64,000 bases of DNA from Pedobacter sp. (GTDB lineage Bacteria > Desulfobacterota > Desulfuromonadia > Desulfuromonadales > Syntrophotaleaceae). Below are positions 37,732 to 50,295 of this stretch, in pieces (within the stretch, counting starts at the first letter, position 1; each line of letters opens with the position of its first letter). The notes beneath the pieces were generated by a model, which saw nothing but the letters and a program-made list of their open reading frames with translations, did not search any database and was not told the origin of the DNA. The position numbers were made by a program, and so were the translations under genes. Location of the stretch: positions 384,001 through 448,000 of the forward strand of contig JBFWJC010000002.1 of NCBI GenBank assembly GCA_050253415.1, given 5' to 3'.

Positions 37732-38047
37732 GGAGAAATCCCTCCTGGGAAAAATAAAAAAGTCTGAAACAACGTCAATGCCGAGGAATTTAACTCCTCC
37801 GTTCATGACTGTCAACCGTCCAATAAGAGAGTTTTATTAATGTTCATTCGTGTGGCGGTCGGCGCTGGCAGCAGGCGGGAGGCCGTTGCATGTGCGTCGT
37901 ATGAGGTTTCTCCTTTGGCATGGGTCGCTTTTCGGCGACGGATGGTTCGCGTAGGAGTTTTAGTGCAGATCGCCACTGAAAATTTCCAGGGAATGTGTTA
38001 ATGTTCGACAAAACATGTGTCCAATCTATTCAAGGAGAACAGAGTCT

Positions 38048-38839
38048 ATGCGTCGAGTGCTGTGGGCGGTGTTGGTGGTTTTTGTGGTTGCGATATCCTC
38101 CGGGTGTGCCGGTGGGGTTTATAACGTTCCCAAGGATCAGTATCAGTCGATAGTCAAGACCTTGGGGATTCTGCCATTGATGGTCGACAGTGGATCGGAA
38201 ATTCGCCATCCCGAAAGTGGGCAGGTAATCGATTTGCTGCGTCGTAACAATGTCGGAAAAGAAGCCGTCCTGATTGAATTGTTGCGGGAGAAGAAGGCCT
38301 ACTTCGATGTGCGCGAGGTAACTGGAGAGCCTTCCGGGTTGTTGCGCCAGATTGCTGTTTCGCGTAAGGCTGCAGACGACGAGGACGGTGGCTATCTCTA
38401 TCGTTTTCGCCCTGACGCGGTGGCAGAGTTGACGCGGGCTTCGGCGACCGATGCGTTGCTGGTCGTTATATTCAATGGTGCACCGCGACAGGAACGGCGT
38501 TGGGACCGTACCAAAATGAGTTATCTGGATGCCGTGTACGACAGCGTGCTGGTTTCGGCGGCGGTGGTTCTACCATCGGGGGAGATTGTGTGGGAATATC
38601 GCAGCCCGGTCGGTGGTCCTTTCCTTAATCTGCAATATCCTGATTTCGATGAAGCTTACTACAATAAGACCGACCAGATTGCGACCAAATACATAACGGT
38701 TCCGGGTCTTGAGCGTACTTTAAACGAACCGGACAACAGTTGGTTCGGCAAGAGTCAGGTTCCGGTCCCTTATCACGAGTTATTCAAGGAGCTGGCCTCC
38801 GGGCTCAAGCCCGGGTTTTTGAACCCTTTTGCCAAATAG
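38048..38839 (+). CDS. Hypothetical lipoprotein
   Basis: AAGGAG site; signal peptide ending ISSGC. Confidence 0.8.
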   Translation: MRRVLWAVLVVFVVAISSGCAGGVYNVPKDQYQSIVKTLGILPLMVDSGSEIRHPESGQVIDLLRRNNVGKEAVLIELLREKKAYFDVREVTGEPSGLLRQIAVSRKAADDEDGGYLYRFRPDAVAELTRASATDALLVVIFNGAPRQERRWDRTKMSYLDAVYDSVLVSAAVVLPSGEIVWEYRSPVGGPFLNLQYPDFDEAYYNKTDQIATKYITVPGLERTLNEPDNSWFGKSQVPVPYHELFKELASGLKPGFLNPFAK

Positions 38840-39300
38840 GCCCACTCGCAGGCCGCAGGTAAGCTTCAGGATGTGCCGAACAGGGTGCAGGGGACTGGCC
38901 GAGGACAGTTCCCTGCATTCCTTGCGTAAAAAGGCAATTAATCCATTGACAGACTGCATTAAACAAGGTAGATAGTATAGATATTCATCGTTCGATACTT
39001 CAGAACAGAAATCCCAAGCCAAGATACCTTTCGGAACATCATCCTGTAATCAAATAGAGCCTTTGTATAATTGCATAAATTTCCAATCGTTTGCCGCGGC
39101 AGTGCTTTTCCGCGTGCTGCATCCATAATAAGGAAAACCGTTCTACCCTTTCTGTAACCATTCCAATAGCTGTAACATCACGACGGTCCCCGTTGACCTT
39201 AACGACAGGCGAGGGTGGCAGGTGGCGTGCCCCGCAAGAGCCGGCAGGTATGACAACCTAGTAAGGCTTGTCATGATCGGCGTGCGGTTGAGGAGAAAAA

Positions 39301-40548
39301 ATGAATTTAAAAGAACTCAAAGAAAAGAAGATTACCGAACTGGCGGCCATCGCCAAGGAGCTCAGGATTGAGGGTGCTGCGGGGATGCGCAAGCAGGATC
39401 TGATCTTCTCCATACTCAATGGTACCGCTGAGAAAAACGGCGCTATCTTCGGCGAAGGGGTGCTGGAAATCCTGCCGGACGGATTTGGTTTCCTGCGGGC
39501 GCCAGACGCCAACTATCTGCCCGGGCCGGACGATATTTATGTTTCCCCATCGCAAATTCGTCGTTTCAACCTGCGTACCGGCGATACGGTTTCCGGGCAA
39601 ATTCGTCCGCCCAAGGAAGGCGAGCGTTATTTTGCTCTGCTCAAGGTTGCCGAGGTTAACTTTGAAAACCCTGCCGTCGCTCGCGACAAGACCCTGTTCG
39701 ACAATCTAACTCCTCTCTACCCCGAAGAACGCATTGTGCTGGAAGCTGCACCGGATAATCTTTCCATGCGCGTCATGGATCTGGTTGCTCCTATCGGCAA
39801 GGGGCAGCGTGGCTTGATCGTCGCGCCGCCGCGTACCGGTAAGACCGTGCTTTTGCAGAACATCGCCAATTCCATTGCGGTCAACCATCCGGAAGTGTAT
39901 CTCATCGTTCTGCTCATTGATGAACGCCCCGAGGAGGTTACCGACATGCAGCGGTCCGTCAAGGGCGAGGTTATTTCTTCGACCTTCGATGAGCCGGCTA
40001 CGCGTCACGTACAGGTTGCCGAAATGGTCATCGAAAAGGCTCGCCGATTGGTGGAGCACAAGCGTGATGTCGTGATTCTTCTCGATTCTATCACCCGTCT
40101 GGCACGCGCCTATAACACCGTGGTGCCTCCAAGCGGCAAGATTCTGTCCGGTGGCGTCGACTCCAACGCTTTGCATAAACCCAAGCGTTTCTTCGGTGCG
40201 GCCCGTAATATCGAAGAGGGCGGCAGCTTGACTATTATCGCTACCGCGCTGGTCGATACCGGCAGCAAGATGGACGAGGTTATTTTCGAGGAATTCAAGG
40301 GCACCGGCAATATGGAAGCGATTCTTGACCGGCGCCTGGTTGACAAGCGCACCTTCCCGGCCATCGATGTTAACAAGTCCGGCACGCGCCGCGAAGATCT
40401 GCTCATTGACCAGACCCAGTTGCAGCGATTGTGGCTGTTGCGCAAAGTACTTTCCTCCATGAACGTGGTCGACAGTATGGAATTCCTACTGGAGAAGCTG
40501 GGCTCTACCAAGAGTAACGACGAGTTTTTCGATACCATGAATCGCTGA
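39301..40548 (+). CDS. rho: Transcription termination factor Rho
   Basis: [27 protein letters not shown] and [13 protein letters not shown] motifs. Confidence 0.99.
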   Translation: MNLKELKEKKITELAAIAKELRIEGAAGMRKQDLIFSILNGTAEKNGAIFGEGVLEILPDGFGFLRAPDANYLPGPDDIYVSPSQIRRFNLRTGDTVSGQIRPPKEGERYFALLKVAEVNFENPAVARDKTLFDNLTPLYPEERIVLEAAPDNLSMRVMDLVAPIGKGQRGLIVAPPRTGKTVLLQNIANSIAVNHPEVYLIVLLIDERPEEVTDMQRSVKGEVISSTFDEPATRHVQVAEMVIEKARRLVEHKRDVVILLDSITRLARAYNTVVPPSGKILSGGVDSNALHKPKRFFGAARNIEEGGSLTIIATALVDTGSKMDEVIFEEFKGTGNMEAILDRRLVDKRTFPAIDVNKSGTRREDLLIDQTQLQRLWLLRKVLSSMNVVDSMEFLLEKLGSTKSNDEFFDTMNR

Positions 40549-40793
40549 TGCCTGATGCCGTCCTCATGGATGGGAAGTCTGAAGCATTTGCGGTACAGCC
40601 AGGGTTCCATAGAGGGGATGCCGAAGCGCTGTTGGATAAAAAGATATGATTTGCCCTGCGGGGCGCCGGTCGCGGAGCGCAGAAAAGGCTTGCGGTCTGC
40701 TGTCTTAAATGTTAAAAGGTACGCTTTGCCTTGCGGTGTTCCCGCTTTATGTTTCGGCCCTGTACCAAGCCAGGGCAAAGAGGAGAAAATGTC

Positions 40794-41003
40794 ATGAAAG
40801 AAGGAATCCATCCTAAATACGAGGCGGTCGAGATCAAGTGCCATTGCGGTAATGTCTTGAACACCAACTCGACCAAGTGTCGCGATATGCAGATCGATGT
40901 ATGCTCGGCTTGCCATCCCTTCTTCACCGGTAAGCAGAAGATTCTTGATACAGCCGGTCGTATCGATCGTTTCCGCAAGAAGTACGCTAAAAACGACAAG
41001 TAA
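40794..41003 (+). CDS. rpmE: 50S ribosomal protein L31, zinc-binding type
   Basis: [29 protein letters not shown]. Confidence 0.97.
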   Translation: MKEGIHPKYEAVEIKCHCGNVLNTNSTKCRDMQIDVCSACHPFFTGKQKILDTAGRIDRFRKKYAKNDK

Positions 41004-41009
41004 TTGCCG

Positions 41010-41040
41010 GAGACGGCCCTCCGGGGCCGTTTCTTTTTTT
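41010..41040 (+). terminator. Intrinsic terminator after rpmE
   Basis: gagacggccc-tccg-gggccgtttc followed by a T run. Confidence 0.8.
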
Positions 41041-41164
41041 CTTTACAGGCAGAAGCGACACAGTGCGTTTCTGCCCTGTTGCATTTGGACTACCCGCTAC
41101 CCGTTATACGTTGGGGCGCTGCGCGCGGTCGGAGGGCCGTAGCGGGAAAAGGTTCGGGGAAGCC

Positions 41165-41851
41165 ATGCTTGTACAACTTTTGACCTATACTCCCGAACCC
41201 GAGCGGTTGGTGGCTGCCGCCGCCCGGTTATGTTATTCGGCTTCTTCCGTCGAGCAACTGTATCAGCAGGACAGTGCCCGTCGCGAGGCGCTGCTCGCCA
41301 AAATCTTGTCTGTCGGCCATCTGTCCACGCTGGAACATGTTTCATTCTCTTTCGGCATTGAAGGGATCAGTCGCGCCTGTTCCCACCAGTTGGTGCGTCA
41401 CCGCCTGGCATCCTATTCTCAGCAGAGCCAGCGTTACGTCTCTCATAAAGAGCGTTTTGCTGCCGTGACACCACCTTCCATCGCTGCAAAACCCGAGCTT
41501 AATGCACGTTTTGAGGCGGCATTGGAGCAGGTGCATCTGGTTTACGGCGAACTTATGGAGGCAGGGATTCCGGCGGAAGATGCACGTTTTGTGCTGCCCA
41601 ATGCAGCCGAAACCAAATTGGTCATGACCATGAATGCGCGTGAACTGCTGCATTTTTTCGCTTTACGCTGCTGCCGCCGTGCGCAGTGGGAAATACAAGC
41701 CCTGGCGAAGGAGATGCTTCGTCAGGTGCGTCTTGTCTCGCCGCGTTTGTTTGCCGTGGCCGGGCCGGGTTGTCTGCACGGAGCCTGTCCCGAAGGAGCC
41801 ATGACCTGCGGCCGGGCCGATGAAGTTCGCAAAGAGTTTGCCGATCTGTGA
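41165..41851 (+). CDS. thyX: FAD-dependent thymidylate synthase
   Basis: HLSTLEH, SHQLVRHRLASYSQQSQRY, EDARFVLP and AQWEI motifs. Confidence 0.96.
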   Translation: MLVQLLTYTPEPERLVAAAARLCYSASSVEQLYQQDSARREALLAKILSVGHLSTLEHVSFSFGIEGISRACSHQLVRHRLASYSQQSQRYVSHKERFAAVTPPSIAAKPELNARFEAALEQVHLVYGELMEAGIPAEDARFVLPNAAETKLVMTMNARELLHFFALRCCRRAQWEIQALAKEMLRQVRLVSPRLFAVAGPGCLHGACPEGAMTCGRADEVRKEFADL

Positions 41852-41892
41852 AGTCCGTCCGATAACCGTCTGGTGAGAGTGACCGAAAGTCA

Positions 41893-42963
<1,071 letters not shown>

Positions 42964-43818
42964 TTGGCACAAACCTGGACGGTGCTAAAAATCCTGCAGT
43001 GGACAGCGGACTATTTCCATGAAAAGGGCATCGAAAGCCCTCGGCGTGATGCCGAATTGCTCCTCGGGGCCAGCCTTGGACTGGACCGGGTCGGGCTCTA
43101 TCTGCATTTTGACCGCCCTCTGGAAGAGTCCGAGCTCAGTGCCTATCGCGCACTGGTTGTGAGACGGTCCAAACGCGAACCGCTGCAATACATTCTGGGC
43201 GAGACGGAGTTCTGGTCTTTGCCCTTCTGCGTATCGCCGGCAGTGCTGATCCCGCGCTCGGATACGGAAGTGCTGGTGGAAGAGGCGTTGCGGTTGGCTG
43301 GCGGACACCGGATTCTCGATGTAGGCACCGGCAGCGGCGCTATCGCTGTGGCCCTCGCTCATGAACTTGCCGATGCGCAGGTGGTGGCTCTGGATATATC
43401 TCCGGAAGCGCTGGCGGTGGCAGACAGCAATGCCCGGCGCAACGGTGTCGAGGGCCGAATCGCGTTCCTTCAGGGGGACTTGGCCCATCTGCCCGAGGGG
43501 CCTTTTGACCTGATTGTGTCCAATCCGCCTTATATTCCGGCTGCTGATGTGGAAGGTCTGATGCCGGAGGTCCGCGATTTTGAGCCACGACAAGCCCTTG
43601 TCGGCGGTCTCGATGGACTCAACCCTTACCGGGCGCTGGCGGCACAGGCCAGTTTTTGCCTGGCTCCGGGTGGCTGGTTGTTGGTAGAGGTTGGCATTGA
43701 CCAGGCGTCGGATGTGCAACAATTGTTTGCCGAAGCCGGGTTGAAGGATGTGTTTTGCCGCGATGATTATGGCGGCGTGCCGCGGGTCATCGGAGCACGA
43801 TCCGAGGTTGCTGGCTGA
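42964..43818 (+). CDS. prmC: Release factor glutamine N5-methyltransferase
   Basis: EPLQYILG, LIPRSDTE, LDVGTGSG and SNPPY motifs; TTG start directly after prfA. Confidence 0.96.
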   Translation: MAQTWTVLKILQWTADYFHEKGIESPRRDAELLLGASLGLDRVGLYLHFDRPLEESELSAYRALVVRRSKREPLQYILGETEFWSLPFCVSPAVLIPRSDTEVLVEEALRLAGGHRILDVGTGSGAIAVALAHELADAQVVALDISPEALAVADSNARRNGVEGRIAFLQGDLAHLPEGPFDLIVSNPPYIPAADVEGLMPEVRDFEPRQALVGGLDGLNPYRALAAQASFCLAPGGWLLVEVGIDQASDVQQLFAEAGLKDVFCRDDYGGVPRVIGARSEVAG

Positions 43819-43940
43819 GCTGGGTTATGAACCGAGCTGGAGCGCGTTCCTGCTGAATGTCCAGCGCAGGTCGGTTGGTGTTACGGGATAGCGATTTCGT
43901 TGAAAAATTACCCTTTCCTATAAATCTAGGTGGTAGCAGT

Positions 43941-45194
43941 TTGGAAAAGATTGTCATTCATGGCGGCAAACGGCTCAAGGGCGAGGTTAAGATCAGCGGT
44001 GCCAAAAACTCGGCCTTACCACTGCTGTTTGCAACCTTACTGGCCCCCGGGCAGCATTACCTGGAAAACGTCCCGGCGCTACGCGATATTACAACCGCTG
44101 AAAAACTTCTGACCATTCTGGGCGCCGATGTCACGCGCCAGGATGATACTTTTGCTGTCGATGCCAGCCGCATACAGAGTGTCGAGGCTCCCTACGACCT
44201 GGTACGCACCATGCGTGCCTCGGTGCTGGTACTGGGGCCTCTGCTGGCGCGTCTCGGCCATGCCCGGGTCAGTTTGCCCGGTGGTTGCGCTATCGGTGCC
44301 CGGCCCATCAATCTGCATCTCAAGGGCCTGGAAGCCATGGGGGCCAGCATAGATCTCGACCACGGGTATGTAGAGGCCAGGGCCAAGCGACTGCACGGTG
44401 CCAATATCTATCTGGATGTTCCCACTGTCGGCGGAACAGAAAATCTGTTGATGGCGGCATCGCTGGCACGCGGTACTACCGTGCTTGAAAATGCTGCTTG
44501 CGAGCCGGAAATCGTCGACCTTGCGGCGGCCTTGACCTGCATGGGGGCCCGCATTGAAGGTGCCGGGAGTGATCGTATCATTATCGAAGGGGTCGACGAG
44601 CTGCAGCCTCTGCGTTATGCGGTGATGCCGGATCGTATCGAAGCCGGTACTTTCATGGTGGCGGCCGCCATGACCCGTGGCGATGTCCGCTTGCTCGGTG
44701 CCCGCCAGGCCGATCTCGAGGCCTTGATCAGTAAATTGCAGGAAGCAGGCGTTCAAATCAGCGTCGAGGACCATGCTTTGCGTGTTCAGGGGCCACGGCG
44801 CATCGCCCCGGTTAACATCAAAACCCAGCCCCATCCCGGTTTTCCAACCGATATGCAGGCCCAGTTCATGGCTTTGATGAGCATTGCCGATGGTACCAGC
44901 GTGATAACGGAGAGCGTGTTTGAAAACCGTTTCATGCATGTGTGCGAATTGCAACGTCTTGGTGCCGATATCACCATTGAAGGCAAGTCGGCCACGGTGC
45001 GGGGTATCAAAGAGTTCCTGGGTGCTCCGGTCATGGCCACGGATCTGCGCGCCAGCGCCTGTCTGGTGCTGGCCGGTTTGGCAGCTGAGAATACCACAGA
45101 GATATCGCGTATTTACCATCTCGATAGGGGTTACGAGCGTATCGAGGAAAAGTTCCGTATGCTTGGTGCGCGTATTGAACGGGTCGAGGCCTGA
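43941..45194 (+). CDS. murA: UDP-N-acetylglucosamine 1-carboxyvinyltransferase
   Basis: [21 protein letters not shown] and PGFPTDMQ motifs; TTG start after AGGTGG. Confidence 0.98.
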   Translation: MEKIVIHGGKRLKGEVKISGAKNSALPLLFATLLAPGQHYLENVPALRDITTAEKLLTILGADVTRQDDTFAVDASRIQSVEAPYDLVRTMRASVLVLGPLLARLGHARVSLPGGCAIGARPINLHLKGLEAMGASIDLDHGYVEARAKRLHGANIYLDVPTVGGTENLLMAASLARGTTVLENAACEPEIVDLAAALTCMGARIEGAGSDRIIIEGVDELQPLRYAVMPDRIEAGTFMVAAAMTRGDVRLLGARQADLEALISKLQEAGVQISVEDHALRVQGPRRIAPVNIKTQPHPGFPTDMQAQFMALMSIADGTSVITESVFENRFMHVCELQRLGADITIEGKSATVRGIKEFLGAPVMATDLRASACLVLAGLAAENTTEISRIYHLDRGYERIEEKFRMLGARIERVEA

Positions 45195-45201
45195 TTTGTT
45201 C

Positions 45202-45291
45202 TTGGTCCCTGGTCATTGGTCATTCGTAAACGGCCAAGCCTACACGCCGAAAAACCGATGGCAAATGACAATTGACAAATGACAAAGGACT
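45202..45291. repeat. Inverted arrays of 7-bp units between murA and hisG
   Basis: Left arm tggtccc tggtcat tggtcat; right arm aatgaca attgaca aatgaca aaggact. Confidence 0.7.
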
Positions 45292-45298
45292 ACAATTT

Positions 45299-45958
45299 AT
45301 GAGCGACTACATAACATTTGCCCTGCCCAAGGGCCGTATCATGCAGGACTCCATGGAGTTGTTTGCCAGAATTGGCATTACCTGCCCGGAGATGAGCGGC
45401 GACAGCCGCAAGCTGGTATTCGAAAACCCTGAAACCAAATTCCGTTTCATGGCGGTGCGGGCCACTGACGTGCCGACTTACGTCGAATACGGTTGTGCAG
45501 ACCTTGGGGTGGTAGGCAAGGATACCTTGCTGGAGCAGGGCAAGGACCTTTATGAACCGCTTGATCTGAAATTCGGTTATTGCCGCATGGTCGTGGCCGA
45601 GCCCGGCGCATTGCTGCGTGATGAGGATCCGGCGAGCTGGTCCAATATCCGCGTGGCTACCAAATATCCTAATATTACCGAACGCTATTTTGCCGAGCGC
45701 GGCGTCCAGGTCGAGCTGATAAAGCTTTACGGTTCCATAGAGTTGGCCCCCCTGGTCGGTTTGGCCGAGCGTATTGTCGATCTGGTATCGACCGGCGCCA
45801 CCATGCGTGAAAACGGTCTGGTGGAAGTTGAAACCATCTCCGAAATCACCAGTCGTCTGATTGTCAATCGTGCCAGTCTCAAGACCAAGCATCAGCGCAT
45901 TACCCGTATTATTCAGGACCTGGAACGGGTATTGGCCGAGGATGCTGCAAAAGACTGA
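45299..45958 (+). CDS. hisG: ATP phosphoribosyltransferase, short form (HisZ-dependent)
   Basis: ALPKGR, DVPTYVEYG, VATKYP, GSIELAP and DLVSTG motifs; no C-terminal regulatory domain. Confidence 0.96.
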   Translation: MSDYITFALPKGRIMQDSMELFARIGITCPEMSGDSRKLVFENPETKFRFMAVRATDVPTYVEYGCADLGVVGKDTLLEQGKDLYEPLDLKFGYCRMVVAEPGALLRDEDPASWSNIRVATKYPNITERYFAERGVQVELIKLYGSIELAPLVGLAERIVDLVSTGATMRENGLVEVETISEITSRLIVNRASLKTKHQRITRIIQDLERVLAEDAAKD

Positions 45959-45969
45959 GGAGTAAGACG

Positions 45970-47265
45970 ATGATGCGATTGCTGTCCTTTGACGATCCCT
46001 GCTTCGAAGAGGCCCTTGGCGCTATCGTTATGCGTGGAGAAACACCTCCCGAAGGTGTTGAAGAAACGGTTGAAGCGATCCTTCAGGCGGTGCGCCTGCG
46101 GGGTGACCAGGCCTTGCTTGAATACACGGCTCAGTTCGATAATTTGACCCTGACAGCCGCACAGCTGCAGGTAACGCCGACCGAGATCGAAGCGGCGCTG
46201 GCGGCTGTCGATGCGGAATCGATGGCGGCCCTGCAGTTGGCGGCCGATCGCATCGCCGCCTTCCATCGCCGGCAAAAGACTCAGACTTGGCTGACCACCG
46301 ACGAACAGGATGTCATGCTGGGTCAGATGGTGCAGCCTCTGGAACGGGTAGGCATCTATGTCCCAGGCGGCAAGGCCAGTTACCCCTCGTCGGTGTTGAT
46401 GAATGCCATTCCCGCCAAAGTGGCCGGCGTGGAAGAAGTGGTAATGGTGGTGCCCATGCCGCGTGGGGAAGTGAATCCCCATGTGCTTGCGGCGGCTCAT
46501 CTGGCCGGTGTGGATCGCATTTTCAAGATTGGCGGCGCCCAGGCTGTGGCGGCTCTGGCCTACGGTACCGATACCATCCCGCGTGTGGACAAGATCACCG
46601 GTCCGGGCAACATTTATGTTGCCACCGCCAAGAAAATGGTATTTGGCCAGGTCGATATCGACATGATCGCCGGTCCGAGTGAGATTCTGGTGGTCAATGA
46701 CGGCACTGGCAACCCGGACCACATCGCTGTCGACCTGCTGTCCCAGGCCGAGCACGATGAACTGGCCGCTTCCATCTTCGTGACTACCGATGCGGAATTC
46801 GGCCGTCGCGTACAATCGGCAGTGGAAGAGCAACTGGTGACCCTGCAGCGGGCCGCCATTGCACGCCGCTCCATCGACGCGTTCGGTGCCATCCTGGTGG
46901 CCCGGGATCTTGACCAGGCCGTTGCGCTCAGCAACCGCATTGCTCCGGAGCACCTGGAACTGGCGGTAAACGATCCCTTCGCTTTGTTGCCGAAGATCCG
47001 CCATGCCGGCGCCATTTTTATGGGGCATCATTGTCCGGAAGCGGCCGGGGATTACCTGGCCGGGCCCAACCACACCCTGCCCACCGGAGGCACGGCACGT
47101 TTCTTCTCGCCGCTGGGGGTGGACGATTTCGTCAAGAAATCAAGCATCATTTCTTTTTCCCGGGCGGGCCTGGAACGGTTGGGTCCCTCGATCGTGCATC
47201 TGGCTGGATTGGAAGGCCTGGAGGCCCATGGGCGCTCCGTTTCCATCCGCCTGAAAGACAGCTGA
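45970..47265 (+). CDS. hisD: Histidinol dehydrogenase
   Basis: GIYVPGG, DMIAGPSE, SQAEHD, APEHL and GPNHTLPT motifs. Confidence 0.98.
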   Translation: MMRLLSFDDPCFEEALGAIVMRGETPPEGVEETVEAILQAVRLRGDQALLEYTAQFDNLTLTAAQLQVTPTEIEAALAAVDAESMAALQLAADRIAAFHRRQKTQTWLTTDEQDVMLGQMVQPLERVGIYVPGGKASYPSSVLMNAIPAKVAGVEEVVMVVPMPRGEVNPHVLAAAHLAGVDRIFKIGGAQAVAALAYGTDTIPRVDKITGPGNIYVATAKKMVFGQVDIDMIAGPSEILVVNDGTGNPDHIAVDLLSQAEHDELAASIFVTTDAEFGRRVQSAVEEQLVTLQRAAIARRSIDAFGAILVARDLDQAVALSNRIAPEHLELAVNDPFALLPKIRHAGAIFMGHHCPEAAGDYLAGPNHTLPTGGTARFFSPLGVDDFVKKSSIISFSRAGLERLGPSIVHLAGLEGLEAHGRSVSIRLKDS

Positions 47266-47393
47266 TCGTAGCGGTCCGGCTACCTTAGGGCAGCCGATCA
47301 TCTTGCAAACTGGTTCCGGCCTGGAACGGTGGAAAACAGCCTGTCCGGGCGGAAACAATCAATGTCAACCATCTGCTGGTAAAGGGGTTTGCC

Positions 47394-47981
47394 ATGTCCC
47401 GTAGCGCCATCATCGATCGACAGACCCAGGAGACCCAAATCCATCTGAGCTTGACCCTTGACGGTCGTGGCGAAGGCAGTATCGTCACGCAGGTGCCCTT
47501 TATGAGCCACATGCTCACCCTGCTCAGCCGGCACGGGTTTTTCGACCTGACGATCAGGGCCGAGGGCGACATCGAGGTCGACGGCCACCATTCGGTGGAA
47601 GATCTCGGCATCTGCCTGGGTCAGGCTTTTGCCAAAGCGCTTGGCGATAAGCAGGGTATTCGCCGTTACGGTTCCGCGACGGTTCCCATGGACGAGACCC
47701 TGGCGTCGGTACATCTCGATTTTTCCGGCCGGTCGTGCCTGGTCTTCAATATGGATATGCCCAAGGCCAAGGTCGGGACTTTCGATGTGGAACTGGTCGA
47801 AGAATTTTTTACTGCATTTTGCAACCACGCCGCCGCCAATGTGCATGTTAACCTGGCCTACGGCAGCAACCTGCATCACATGATTGAAGGCGTTTTTAAA
47901 GCCTTCGCTCGGGCATTGGATGAGGCAACCGGCCTCGATCCTCGCATCGAAGGGGTGCTGTCCACCAAAGGAAAGCTGTAA
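47394..47981 (+). CDS. hisB: Imidazoleglycerol-phosphate dehydratase
   Basis: [19 protein letters not shown] and STKG motifs. Confidence 0.97.
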   Translation: MSRSAIIDRQTQETQIHLSLTLDGRGEGSIVTQVPFMSHMLTLLSRHGFFDLTIRAEGDIEVDGHHSVEDLGICLGQAFAKALGDKQGIRRYGSATVPMDETLASVHLDFSGRSCLVFNMDMPKAKVGTFDVELVEEFFTAFCNHAAANVHVNLAYGSNLHHMIEGVFKAFARALDEATGLDPRIEGVLSTKGKL

Positions 47982-47984
47982 CAG

Positions 47985-48608
47985 ATGATCGTTATTGTTG
48001 ATTACGGGATGGGCAATCTGCGCAGCGTGCAGAAAGGCTTTGAAAAAGTCGGTTTCGATGCCCGGGTGACCGATGATCCGGCCGTCGTGGCACAGGCCGA
48101 TAAGCTGGTATTGCCCGGTGTCGGGGCGTTTCGCGACTGCATGGAGCAACTTGAGCAAGGTGGTTTCGTCGAGCCGATTCTGCGGCATGTCGAGGCCGGC
48201 CGGCCGTTTCTTGGTATCTGCCTCGGCTTGCAATTGCTGTTCACCGAAAGCGAAGAATTTGGACATCACAAGGGGCTGAATATTATCCCCGGGCGGGTGG
48301 TTCGTTTCCAGGGTGATATGCATTGCCAAGGTGAGTTGCTCAAGGTCCCGCATATGGGCTGGAACCAGATTGATATCCGCAAGCCGGCACCTATTTTCCA
48401 GGGATTGGAAGGCGGCGAGTCGGTTTATTTCGTGCATTCCTATTATGTTGTGCCCGAGGATGAATCGGTGGTGGCTGCCACGGCCGATTACGGTCGGCCC
48501 TTCTGTGCTGCCGTATGGCGGGACAATGTCATGGCGACCCAGTTTCACCCTGAGAAGAGCCAGCGGGTGGGCTTGCGTATCCTCAAGAATTTCGGAGAGT
48601 TAAAATGA
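47985..48608 (+). CDS. hisH: IGP synthase glutaminase subunit
   Basis: DYGMGNL, LPGVGAF, GICLG, PHMGWN and QFHPE motifs. Confidence 0.97.
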   Translation: MIVIVDYGMGNLRSVQKGFEKVGFDARVTDDPAVVAQADKLVLPGVGAFRDCMEQLEQGGFVEPILRHVEAGRPFLGICLGLQLLFTESEEFGHHKGLNIIPGRVVRFQGDMHCQGELLKVPHMGWNQIDIRKPAPIFQGLEGGESVYFVHSYYVVPEDESVVAATADYGRPFCAAVWRDNVMATQFHPEKSQRVGLRILKNFGELK

Positions 48609-49336
48609 TTGTTATCCCCGCCATCGATTTGAAGGAAGGCCGCTGTGTTCGTCTTGAACAGGGCCTGATGGAAAAGGACACGGTTTACAACGACGACCCC
48701 GGCGCCCAGGCCCGCAGCTGGCAGGAACAGGGCGGAGAATTGTTGCATATCGTTGATCTCGACGGTGCGTTTGCTGGCGTGCCGCGCAATCGTGAGGCCA
48801 TTCGCGCCATAGTTGAGGCCGTTTCCATTCCTACCGAGCTGGGCGGCGGCATCCGCGATCTGCCGACCATCGAGGCGTATCTGGAGCTTGGTATCGACCG
48901 GGTGATTCTTGGTACGGTGGCCAAGGAAAACCCGCAACTGGTGCGTGAAGCCTGCCAGCGGTTTCCCGGTCATATCGTAGTCGGCATCGACGCCCGCGAT
49001 GGGCTGGTGGCGGTACGCGGCTGGGCCGATGTGACGGAAAAACTGGCCACCGAACTGGCCAAGGAAATGGAAGGCTTCGGCGTCGAGGCGATCATCTATA
49101 CCGACATCGCGCGCGACGGCATGATGGGTGGCCCGAATCTCGAAGCCACCCGCGCGCTGGCCGAGGCGATCACGGTCCCGGTTATCGCATCCGGCGGCGT
49201 TTCCTGTCTGGACGATATCGCCAGCCTCATGACCATCGAAAAGTACGGCGTGACCGGCGTGATTACAGGTAAGGCGCTGTATACCGGCAGCCTCGATCTG
49301 CGTACGGCCGTGGCGCTGACCAAAGGCAAAGCCTGA
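48605..49336 (+). CDS. hisA: ProFAR isomerase
   Basis: [26 protein letters not shown] and ASGGV motifs. Confidence 0.97.
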   Translation: MIVIPAIDLKEGRCVRLEQGLMEKDTVYNDDPGAQARSWQEQGGELLHIVDLDGAFAGVPRNREAIRAIVEAVSIPTELGGGIRDLPTIEAYLELGIDRVILGTVAKENPQLVREACQRFPGHIVVGIDARDGLVAVRGWADVTEKLATELAKEMEGFGVEAIIYTDIARDGMMGGPNLEATRALAEAITVPVIASGGVSCLDDIASLMTIEKYGVTGVITGKALYTGSLDLRTAVALTKGKA

Positions 49337-49339
49337 TAG

Positions 49340-49401
49340 CGCGGAGCAAACTTACTTGTTTCATCAGGAAGTGTTCCGCGACTTCTGCGGTCTGCGCAGT
49401 G
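49340..49401. repeat. Decayed remnant of the 9-mer-unit inverted repeat
   Basis: ttccgcgacttctgcggtctgcgcagtg resembles the right outer arm at 728-754; short partner cgcggag at 49340. Confidence 0.4.
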
Positions 49402-49498
49402 AAAACCCCGGTTCCATTGTTTTTGGTTGTGTTCGAATTAATTAACCCGCAGGCCTTGTAATCGGGTCGCGGCGTTCTTATCTTGTGAAGGACGAGCC

Positions 49499-50266
49499 AT
49501 GCTGACGAAACGTATTATCCCCTGTCTGGATGTCAAAGACGGCCGGGTGGTCAAAGGGGTTCAGTTCCTGGAGTTGCGCGATGCCGGTGATCCGGTGGAG
49601 GCCGCCGAGGCTTACGATGCCCAGGGCGCCGATGAACTGACATTTCTGGATATCACCGCCTCCAGCGACAAACGCAATATCATCCTTGATGTCGTAGCGC
49701 GCACCGCAGAGCGGGTATTCATGCCCCTCACCGTCGGCGGCGGCATCCGCAAGATCGATGATATCCGCAACCTGCTCAATGCGGGAGCCGACAAGGTATC
49801 CATCAATACCGAGGCGGTGAATAACCCTGAATTCGTGAAGGAAGCGGCCGAACGTTTCGGTTCCCAGTGCATCGTGGTCGCGATCGATGCGCGCCGGGTG
49901 CCCGATTCCGATCCGCAGCGATGGGAAGTGTATATCCACGGAGGTCGCACCCCGACCGGCATAGACGCCATGGAATGGGCGGTGCGCATGGAAGCCTATG
50001 GCGCCGGTGAAATCCTGTTGACCTCCATGGACAAAGACGGCACCAAGGATGGCTACGACATCCCCTTGACCCGTACCATCAGCGACCTGGTCGGCATTCC
50101 GGTGATCGCTTCCGGTGGCGTCGGAAACCTGGAGCACATTTATCAGGGCTTGACCGAGGGGGGGGCCAGTGCTGCCCTGGCTGCCAGCATCTTTCACTTC
50201 CGCGAGTATACGATTCAGGAGTGCAAGGAATATTTGCAGCAGCGCGGCGTGCCGGCGCGTCTGTAA
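49499..50266 (+). CDS. hisF: IGP synthase cyclase subunit
   Basis: [34 protein letters not shown] and ALAASIFH motifs. Confidence 0.98.
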   Translation: MLTKRIIPCLDVKDGRVVKGVQFLELRDAGDPVEAAEAYDAQGADELTFLDITASSDKRNIILDVVARTAERVFMPLTVGGGIRKIDDIRNLLNAGADKVSINTEAVNNPEFVKEAAERFGSQCIVVAIDARRVPDSDPQRWEVYIHGGRTPTGIDAMEWAVRMEAYGAGEILLTSMDKDGTKDGYDIPLTRTISDLVGIPVIASGGVGNLEHIYQGLTEGGASAALAASIFHFREYTIQECKEYLQQRGVPARL

Positions 50267-50295
50267 CCGGACCGGCCAGGCAGGAGACACAGACC

